A program made the translations under genes and the position numbers. The notes below the pieces were generated by a model. That model was not told the origin of the DNA and made no database searches. It saw nothing but the letters and a program-made list of their open reading frames with translations. Below, in pieces: positions 16,627-23,747 of a stretch of 23,747 nucleotides of DNA (its first letter is position 1; the number at the start of each line of letters is the position of its first letter). Source of the stretch: Promethearchaeota archaeon (lineage in GTDB: Archaea > Asgardarchaeota > Lokiarchaeia > Sigyniarchaeales > SOKP01). The stretch covers positions 1 through 23,747 of the forward strand of contig JBHLNS010000048.1 in NCBI GenBank assembly GCA_048941285.1, given 5' to 3'.

Positions 16627-17058
16627 ATGACTAAAGTTATGGCGAAAATAGAAATAAATGCCCCCCCTAATAAAATTTATAATATTTTAACTGATCTATC
16701 TCTCAGTTCTAAATGGGATCCTGCTACACTAGAAATTAAAGAAACTGGTCCAAATATGAGAGCTGTAAAAACTCAGAATGAAGATTATACATTTACAATA
16801 ATAGAGAAAAAAGAAAATAAAGGTTTTACATGTAAGGCGGTAAGCGAAAATTTTAATTCATTTGGTTATTCATTGAAAGCGAGGGGAGATATAACAGAAG
16901 TATCTTCTTGGATTGATTATAAAATTGTAAAACATGAAAAAATCCTTCAGAGGGGAATTAAATACATTTTACGTGGATTAAAGAGTTTTGTTGAGTTTAT
17001 GGAAGATGGTGGAGATCCAGACGAATTTGACAAAAAACAAATACTGGTAGAACATTAA
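16627..17058 (+). CDS. START/SRPBCC (polyketide-cyclase-like, helix-grip) ligand-binding protein
   Basis: KIEINAPPNKIYNILTD....KWDP N-terminal signature and C-terminal helix LRGLKSFVE; 143 aa. Confidence 0.8.
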   Translation: MTKVMAKIEINAPPNKIYNILTDLSLSSKWDPATLEIKETGPNMRAVKTQNEDYTFTIIEKKENKGFTCKAVSENFNSFGYSLKARGDITEVSSWIDYKIVKHEKILQRGIKYILRGLKSFVEFMEDGGDPDEFDKKQILVEH

Positions 17059-17325
17059 TTCAATTCAATTATAATTTGTTCTTAAAAATTACATGGAATT
17101 TAAATAATTACGATAGTAAATTTTAATAGCCACTTCGATCACTATTTACTTTTTTTGAACTGAGAAAATAGAGAGAAAATACAATCACGTTGAATTCATA
17201 AAAATTCTTTTTAACTTTGTTTCTCCTTAATTCTCTCTAAAATTATTTTAAATTAATAAACAATTTAAATTACCAGAGAAATTTATTTTGTTGGATTAGA
17301 AAATTAGTTAAAAAATTAAGAGTAA

Positions 17326-17889
17326 TTATAATTTATTTATCCAAAAAACTATTTTTTCCTTTAATAAGTCTTTAATATCATCTGGAATGGTTTCTAATCC
17401 ATTTAATTTCTTTACAAATTGTGAAATTTCATAAAGAATTTTATGCCCACCTTTAAATACAAAAATGTCTTCCTTAATTTTACCAAGTTTTTCAATTATT
17501 AATTCAGGATCGTTAATTTGATCAAAATTTTCTTTAAGATGGTTGAATTGTTCAACAATTATTTGTTTTTTATCAGTTACAGACGTATCCCGGGCAATTT
17601 CTTCACTTTCCATATATTTGGATGATAATGAAATTTCTGATCTTTGGATTAAGGATCTAATTAAGTCAAGTTCAGCCTCAAGTATCTTTTGATTTTCAAT
17701 TACATTATTTAATTGAGGGGCTAATGCTTTTATATCAAGTGTTGCCTTACTAAGCTCTTCAATTTTAGCAGTTAACATATTAATTTTGAGATTAGTCTGC
17801 CCCATCTTAGTAATGATATCTAGTCCAAATTTCTCGAGAATTGAGGCGAATTTATCCAATTTATCATCAGAATTACCTGAGTCAGTCAT
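17326..17889 (-). CDS. Hypothetical helical protein with N-terminal coiled coil
   Basis: Heptad pattern over about residues 30-85, helical C-terminal domain ending KIVFWINKL, GAGG upstream of the ATG. Confidence 0.75.
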   Translation of the reverse strand: MTDSGNSDDKLDKFASILEKFGLDIITKMGQTNLKINMLTAKIEELSKATLDIKALAPQLNNVIENQKILEAELDLIRSLIQRSEISLSSKYMESEEIARDTSVTDKKQIIVEQFNHLKENFDQINDPELIIEKLGKIKEDIFVFKGGHKILYEISQFVKKLNGLETIPDDIKDLLKEKIVFWINKL

Positions 17890-18028
17890 CTATCCTCTTC
17901 TCTTAATTCGCCATTATAAAAGTTTTTAGTAATTGTAATTAAGAACTTTTACAAAATTTATTTTTTATTGAAATATAATTTTATTTGATATTAAATTTTG
18001 TTATTAGTAATAAACTTGTAATTTTAAT

Positions 18029-18907
18029 GTGATAACAATTATACAATATATAAATATTCTTACGAAAGACGGTAAATCGTTACTCTTTAGGAATTATGGG
18101 ACATCTGATGTAGATAGGGATCTTTTAGCTGGATTTTTAAGTGCTTTTTCAGGATTTATGAAGGAAATTAGCCAGAGTGAAATTAAAAACACACAAACCG
18201 AGGATTTTAAGTACTTTTATACTATCATTGATAATATCATAATAGTTTTATGTGCTGATCTAGACGAGGACGACACCCAAATAAATTCTAAAATATTGAG
18301 TATTAGAACTAAATTTTTAGAAAAATATGGTAACATTCTTGAAAATGGGAGTTGGGCTGGAAACCGAAGTATTTTTACTGAATTTGAAAAGGAATTAGAC
18401 GATATTATTTTGGGAGCAATTAAAGTATCTATTATAGGATTTGGAGGGGTAGGGAAAACCACTTTGACAAAATTGATCTGTGGAAAGGATGTAGATCTTG
18501 AATACGTGCCAACAATCACAGCCGATATTGCTTCCTATGAGGGTGATGAATTTGAGAGAAGTATTACTCTTTGGGATTTTGCGGGTCAAGCTCAGTTCAG
18601 GTCCCTTTGGCAAAGTCTTCTACAAGGTACAGACATAACTCTTCTCGTAACAGATTCCACATATGAAAATATAATTAACTCAAAAGAGATAATTCATGAA
18701 ATATTAGATAAATTCTATCAAGATAAACTCGTAATTGGTATCGCAAACAAACAAGATTTAGCAAATAGGCTAACTCCACAATTCTGTGAAAAATATCTTT
18801 CTAGTGAAAAACGAGTAATTAAAACTCATGGGATGATTGCCATCGAACCCATATATCGAGAAAAGATATTAGAAATATTAAAAAAAGCAATAAAAGAAAT
18901 TAGTTGA
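18029..18907 (+). CDS. Longin-like domain fused to a small GTPase (Arf/Rab-like)
   Basis: N-terminal IQYINILTKDGKSLLFRNY...DLLAGFLSAFSGFMKEI...IIIVLCAD...FLEKY fits the longin pattern. C-terminal G1 GFGGVGKT, G2 YVPTI, G3 WDFAGQ, G4 NKQD. Confidence 0.85.
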   Translation: MITIIQYINILTKDGKSLLFRNYGTSDVDRDLLAGFLSAFSGFMKEISQSEIKNTQTEDFKYFYTIIDNIIIVLCADLDEDDTQINSKILSIRTKFLEKYGNILENGSWAGNRSIFTEFEKELDDIILGAIKVSIIGFGGVGKTTLTKLICGKDVDLEYVPTITADIASYEGDEFERSITLWDFAGQAQFRSLWQSLLQGTDITLLVTDSTYENIINSKEIIHEILDKFYQDKLVIGIANKQDLANRLTPQFCEKYLSSEKRVIKTHGMIAIEPIYREKILEILKKAIKEIS

Positions 18908-18940
18908 AATTAATAAAAACCCAATTTAAGACTGTAAAAA

Positions 18941-20701
18941 GTGATTTCTTTGTTGAATTTTGAAATTGAAGATTTTAAACTAGATCAATTAGAAGAAGAA
19001 TCTAGTATTATTAAGTTGCCGGAAATAACAGAAGAAGAGAGAAATATTATTGATCCTATTGTTGCTCCTACTTCTGGACTGAGAATTCAAATTCTTGAGG
19101 TTCATAAACTAGCAGAGGGAGAAAAATACATTCTAACAAAGAGAAATTTATTTTTATTTCTTAGGATGTTCAAAGCTATTAGTTTGAAGTTTAAAGAAAT
19201 GAAGAATAACCAAAATTTGAATGTTTTAATCTTTACAGATGATAGACCAACTAAAGATATCTTACTTCAATTTTGTTCTAAAATCTTTGCATTTGATGAA
19301 TTTAAGATTTATTATCAAACAGATAGTCCAGGTGAATCAAAGATATCTTCTCCCTACGGAGCTGCATCTGTAGCATTATTTAAAGACATAAATTTAGTTT
19401 TGGTATTAACTGCAAGCCATAATGATTTAACTTGGAACGGAATCAAACTATATATAGATTATCCTATTCCTATGTCTGGTAGTTTATTGAAGGACATTTC
19501 TAAAATAGCCCTTGAAGTGAAAGAAATTCCTTTAAGATCAGATTTTTCACCTATTAGACTAGATGCTGAAGAAGAGAATAATAATTATGTAATTCGCCTC
19601 TTATCAAAAGTTATAGAAATTAAAAGCATAAAAAATGAGAATATTGTAATTTGGCCTTATTTAGGCAAAGCAAGAGGGATTGTAAATCTTTTTAAACAGT
19701 ATGGTGCAAATCTTACCGTTGTCGAAGAGGAACTTAATCCTCCTAATCCTCTAAAGAACGTACAAGAAAAGAAGCTACAAGAAATAATGGGTCAAGCTAA
19801 TTCTACGATTGCAATACTTTTGGATGCAGATAGAGATAGAATTGTTTTATATGTCAAACAGAATGGAAAATATTATACATATATTCCTAATGAGATTTAC
19901 TCAGCAATGCATAATATTTTAGCAAAAGACTTCAATAAAAAAATTGTTAACGTTAGAACGATTCCAAGTGATTTACGAGGAGATAAGACAAGTTTTATTA
20001 ATATTTTAACGGGAGTTGGATATAAACATCTGGGTGTGATCATGTATTTTCTTCTTGGAATCCAAGTCGACCAATCAAAGATTGATACAGCAATACTTTA
20101 TTACCAAGATGAAAATGGAAATTTAATTAAAATTAACAATGCAACACCTCTTAAGCAACAAATAATTAAAATGATGGAAGAACAACATTTGGAGAAAGAA
20201 TCCTTCTTGATGGTCTATTGGGAAGAGAGTGGAGGTCATACTTTAAATATATTGGATGTATTTAAAGACGACAACACTGGAAAATATAGTTTTACTACTG
20301 ATTTTACAATTTTAGCCGATAAATACCCTGTTCCTGCTTTAGTGTTGATAACAGAACTTATATCTCGAGGATATATCATTTCTGAAGCCATAAATTGGAG
20401 TGTTAAAGGCATCAATGATACTATTCATGCAGTTGATGAAGAGAAAATCAGAATTATGAAAAATTTTGAAAAAAATGATGGAAAAATCATTACCATTCAT
20501 GATAAATCCTATAGAGTCAATGCATTATCAGATAACAATAATATGATTGATATTTATCAATTAAAAAGTGACGATTCAACGCTTTATTTTAGACCGAGTG
20601 GAACTGGACCAGACGTTAGGTTTTATATTTTTGGGAATGTAGATACTTACTTAGATGAAATGAGAAGAGTGCAAAATTATGTGAGAAATAATTATAGTTA
20701 A
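18941..20701 (+). CDS. Divergent alpha-D-phosphohexomutase (PGM/PMM family)
   Basis: PTSGLR, catalytic TASHN...NGIK, metal loop DADRDR, TGVGYK, WEESGGH, FRPSGTGP. Confidence 0.85.
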   Translation: MISLLNFEIEDFKLDQLEEESSIIKLPEITEEERNIIDPIVAPTSGLRIQILEVHKLAEGEKYILTKRNLFLFLRMFKAISLKFKEMKNNQNLNVLIFTDDRPTKDILLQFCSKIFAFDEFKIYYQTDSPGESKISSPYGAASVALFKDINLVLVLTASHNDLTWNGIKLYIDYPIPMSGSLLKDISKIALEVKEIPLRSDFSPIRLDAEEENNNYVIRLLSKVIEIKSIKNENIVIWPYLGKARGIVNLFKQYGANLTVVEEELNPPNPLKNVQEKKLQEIMGQANSTIAILLDADRDRIVLYVKQNGKYYTYIPNEIYSAMHNILAKDFNKKIVNVRTIPSDLRGDKTSFINILTGVGYKHLGVIMYFLLGIQVDQSKIDTAILYYQDENGNLIKINNATPLKQQIIKMMEEQHLEKESFLMVYWEESGGHTLNILDVFKDDNTGKYSFTTDFTILADKYPVPALVLITELISRGYIISEAINWSVKGINDTIHAVDEEKIRIMKNFEKNDGKIITIHDKSYRVNALSDNNNMIDIYQLKSDDSTLYFRPSGTGPDVRFYIFGNVDTYLDEMRRVQNYVRNNYS

Positions 20702-20827
20702 TATTATCACTAAAGAATTCTTTTTATCTGATTTTTAAAATCAAAAATTTAATTGTAATAAAAGATTTAGACTAATTAATATAAATGCTTTCAATTTATA
20801 AAAAATATAATCTAAATTGACGAAAAT

Positions 20828-22087
20828 ATGTTTCAAGAGAAAATTATTGATGATAAAATTCTTGAAAAGATGTCATTGGAAAATGTATTTAAAATCTTTA
20901 ACGACAACGTTTTTCCAATGTTAAATGAAGAGGAACGAGAGTATTGTCAAGGTTTACAAGATTTTTGCTTAGATCTGCATCCTAGAATTGATAAATCAAA
21001 GGATGTATATAGTCTACTCCCCGAACTTGGAAAAAGAGGATATATACAAAGAATAAACCCATGGAAAGACTTTAAACCGTATGGAATGAAAAAAGAAATA
21101 CTTTTAGGAACTCATATCTCGTTATTAGACCCACAATTAGAATTAGCACGAGTAGCAAGTGGGATTTTATGTGGTAATCCTACTTTTCATTATTATGAAC
21201 ATGGTGGTGATTCTGATATTCCCTCAAAAGTGCAAGATGAGCTATTATCAGGACAAAAAATTGGTTGTATTGGCATCACAGAACCTGAAAGAGGTTCAGA
21301 TGCTGTAAATATGACAACCAAGTGTACCAAAACTGGTGATGGGGTGATTTATAATGGAGAAAAAGTGTATACTACCAATGGGGCTGTTGCAGATTATTTT
21401 GCATGTTATGGGGTCTATGATGAAGCAAATCCAAGAGATACGATGGTACAAGCTATTATTGCACGTGAATTTGGTGTAAAAACTGAGAGGTTAAAAATAA
21501 ATTCTGTTCCAAGGGTCCAAATATCACACACAATATTAGACAATGTATTAGTTCCAAAAGAGTACATACTCGCAGATGATGGACTTGGATATAAAAGACT
21601 TTTTGAAGGTTTAGTTCCTGAAAGGCTTTCAATTATGGGAAGTGGCGTAGGAATTTGTTGGGCAGGAGTAATTTATGGTATTATTTATACAAATTTAAGG
21701 AAACAATTTGGCAAACCTGTAATCAGGTATCAAGGTGTAGGTTATGGTTTAGCAGATTTATTGACAAAATCTAATGCGGCAACAGCTTTAGCTCTACAAG
21801 CTGCCACTGTGTATGACGAGAGAATTTTATTCAGTGAGAAACCTTCAAAAGAAGCAGAAAAATGGGTTGCATCAATTTCCTCTCAAGGAAAATACTATTT
21901 AGCTAAGCTTACGCATGAAGTCTGTTATGAAGTTCAACAGCATATGGGAGGAGTAAGTGTTACAGATAATACGCCTATTGATGAGTATTGTGATGTAAGT
22001 AAAATTGAAGAAGTTATTGGTGGAGCAAGGAATATTCAGTTACTTCTTATACAATCCCAAATTCAAAGATATACTGGATTACTATAA
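20828..22087 (+). CDS. Acyl-CoA dehydrogenase
   Basis: IGCIGITEPERGSDA, YNGEKVYTTNG, RKQFGKPV..YQGV, QHMGGVS. Confidence 0.92.
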   Translation: MFQEKIIDDKILEKMSLENVFKIFNDNVFPMLNEEEREYCQGLQDFCLDLHPRIDKSKDVYSLLPELGKRGYIQRINPWKDFKPYGMKKEILLGTHISLLDPQLELARVASGILCGNPTFHYYEHGGDSDIPSKVQDELLSGQKIGCIGITEPERGSDAVNMTTKCTKTGDGVIYNGEKVYTTNGAVADYFACYGVYDEANPRDTMVQAIIAREFGVKTERLKINSVPRVQISHTILDNVLVPKEYILADDGLGYKRLFEGLVPERLSIMGSGVGICWAGVIYGIIYTNLRKQFGKPVIRYQGVGYGLADLLTKSNAATALALQAATVYDERILFSEKPSKEAEKWVASISSQGKYYLAKLTHEVCYEVQQHMGGVSVTDNTPIDEYCDVSKIEEVIGGARNIQLLLIQSQIQRYTGLL

Positions 22088-22099
22088 TCGTCTCTTAAA

Positions 22100-22126
22100 T
22101 TTCTTTTCCTTTTTTATTTTTTCTTT
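22100..22126 (+). terminator. Oligo-T tract, probable archaeal intrinsic terminator
   Basis: TTTCTTTTCCTTTTTTATTTTTTCTTT directly after the acyl-CoA dehydrogenase stop, between convergent genes. Confidence 0.45.
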
Positions 22127-22170
22127 AAATTTAAATTCTCTTTGGATAATGTAGAATTAGTGCTGTTAAA

Positions 22171-22734
22171 TTAAAAATATAATTCAGGGAAGCTAATAAA
22201 ATTTAATAATAACATGATAGGGCTATAAATATTAATAAGAAGAGCCATTGGTAAGTTTGCTAGAAATGATATTAATGCTATTTTTTTTCTGGATAATTCT
22301 TTATTAATTGATCTTCTTTTTAAGAGTCTTTGAAATTGAAAACAATAAAATAGCCATTCCAAGTAAAAGAATAGAAAAGTAATTGCTAAAGTGTAGAAAG
22401 GGTAAATTATAATATACCATGCCAGTAAAAGATAAGCTACTGTTTGAATTGGGAGAAATATTGCAAGATTGACTATTAAAACAGAGAGAAATAAATCTTT
22501 TTTAATTAAATCGGGGGACCTGAGAAAACCATATATAATAGCAAATTCAACCACGACTACAATAAAAAGTGAACCGATTATGTTTACTAATATAAAGATT
22601 GGGTCATTGAATGGAATGCCGTAATATTGAGTAATATAAAATGACCCAAATAATAAAAAAATGAGAGAACCTAACAAATAGATGAAAATTAAAACTATTT
22701 TAATTTTAGATTTCACATTGAATTTTAAAGACAC
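22171..22734 (-). CDS. Hypothetical multi-pass membrane protein
   Basis: About 5 hydrophobic segments, no recognised motif, GTG start. Confidence 0.65.
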   Translation of the reverse strand: MSLKFNVKSKIKIVLIFIYLLGSLIFLLFGSFYITQYYGIPFNDPIFILVNIIGSLFIVVVVEFAIIYGFLRSPDLIKKDLFLSVLIVNLAIFLPIQTVAYLLLAWYIIIYPFYTLAITFLFFYLEWLFYCFQFQRLLKRRSINKELSRKKIALISFLANLPMALLINIYSPIMLLLNFISFPELYF

Positions 22735-22796
22735 ATCAATTTATAAGTATTTTGTGAAAAGAAACTAATATGTCAGCAAATCTCTAAACTTATCCT

Positions 22797-23564
22797 TTAA
22801 TATATCTGGAGTAAAGTAAAAGTTGATAAAATTATTGATTTTAAGCTAATCCCTATTAGAAAGAAAAAGATAATAATCTGAAATTTCTTAACGGGTATTT
22901 TAGGGGTAATCCTATGACCTAATTTAGTTCCAAGGAATATAATAGGAAATGCTAAAACAAATACTAGAAGTAGTTCGTATGGAAATACATCAGTAGTAAA
23001 ATAAAATGGGATTCTTGAAATAGATAATATAGTTCCAATAGCCGCAAAATTTTCAATAAAGCTTTCTCTATAATGCCCTGTTTTTTCTAATAAAGCGACA
23101 TTTATTGGTCCAGCAGCACTAATTAATCCAGTTAACAAACCATACGAGAAACCGCCAATAAAAATGAGGGGGGATTTTGTATTAATTTCATTCTTTATTT
23201 CAAGATTTTCAGAATTCCTATAATAATTAATGAGCTTCAATGAAGAATAAAAAAATATAAAACCCCCTAATATTAATTCTATCCATTCCACCTTTATATT
23301 TATAACGAGAAAAGTCCCAAAAATAGTTGCAGGAACACCCAATGACAGGAATCGGAAAAAATAACCTTTATCCAAGTATTTCCGGTATTTAATAAAATTT
23401 AGCAAAGCAGGAAATGCACCCCAGATATTAACAAGTATCACAGCATTTCTAATTCCAATTATTGGAGTGATAATAGGTATTAAAACTAAGGCATCACCAA
23501 ATCCAATGATTCCATAAACCATACTTGAGAAAAATATTGCGATTAATGAGAGATATATAATCAT
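22797..23564 (-). CDS. TauE/SafE (sulfite exporter, TSUP) family membrane protein
   Basis: GIIGFGDALVLIP and the repeated GLLTGLISAAGP glycine motifs; about 8 TM segments; 255 aa. Confidence 0.85.
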   Translation of the reverse strand: MIIYLSLIAIFFSSMVYGIIGFGDALVLIPIITPIIGIRNAVILVNIWGAFPALLNFIKYRKYLDKGYFFRFLSLGVPATIFGTFLVINIKVEWIELILGGFIFFYSSLKLINYYRNSENLEIKNEINTKSPLIFIGGFSYGLLTGLISAAGPINVALLEKTGHYRESFIENFAAIGTILSISRIPFYFTTDVFPYELLLVFVLAFPIIFLGTKLGHRITPKIPVKKFQIIIFFFLIGISLKSIILSTFTLLQIY

Positions 23565-23663
23565 GTATAAGAACTCAAAATTATCTTTAGGTATAAGCTT
23601 TTAGATTAACATTTTTTTCCAAATAAGTTAAAAAGTATAAAATAAAATATAAAGAAAAAAAAA

Positions 23664-23747
23664 TTAGGGTTTATAACGAGCGTATCCATTCATAATTTTT
23701 CCATCTAAAATCATATCGTTAACTTGCATTCCAGAAAGCAAGCATGC
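23664..23747 (-). CDS. C-terminal end of a gene entering from the right edge; possibly an FAD-dependent oxidoreductase (phytoene-desaturase-like)
   Basis: Open frame ...ACLLSGMQVNDMILDGKIMNGYARYKP* with TAA at 23664-23666. ACLLSG resembles the C-terminal (GG)V.A..SG FAD-binding helix. Only 27 codons are visible. Confidence 0.4.
   Translation of the reverse strand, partial: ACLLSGMQVNDMILDGKIMNGYARYKP

Noticed and set aside
17169-17239. TAGAGAGAA / TTCTCTCTA 9-bp inverted repeat between convergent genes
   Set aside because: Low complexity with a long unpaired spacer; expected by chance in AT-rich DNA.
18217-18613. Minus-strand ORFs 18217-18519 and 18395-18613
   Set aside because: Antisense to the longin-GTPase.
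1-23747. Selenocysteine or stop-codon recoding of genes ending in TGA/TAG
   Set aside because: The frames I checked hit another stop within a few codons, and the proteins are already full length.
1-23747. CRISPR array, tRNA/rRNA, transposase or integrase
   Set aside because: No regularly spaced repeats, no GC-rich cloverleaf or rRNA-like segments, and no recombinase motifs seen.

Overview
AT-rich archaeal chromosomal window, most likely from an Asgard archaeon (Lokiarchaeia-like). This is inferred from a Rab-like small GTPase, a longin-domain/small-GTPase fusion, an archaeal PUA (MCT-1/Tma20-like) protein and many acyl-CoA enzymes. About 21 genes: (i) a left lipid block (CoA-activase-like partial gene, tandem two-domain PlsC-type acyltransferase, HAD phosphatase, DUF998-like membrane protein, divergent steroid 5-alpha-reductase homologue); (ii) amino-acid and fatty-acid catabolism (HypD-type glycyl radical enzyme with no activase in the window, long-chain acyl-CoA ligase, tryptophanase with a large insertion, crotonase-family protein, acyl-CoA dehydrogenase); (iii) a block of eukaryote-signature-like genes (Rab-like GTPase, START/SRPBCC protein, coiled-coil protein, longin-GTPase fusion). 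Intergenic DNA holds signals missing from the ORF track: a chimeric SRPBCC/Rab gene scar (16386-16511), a CheR-motif remnant (4962-5024) and a ~110-nt imperfect hairpin (2473-2583). I saw no rRNA, tRNA, CRISPR array, transposase or integrase. All family calls come from motif recognition by eye; no searches were run.
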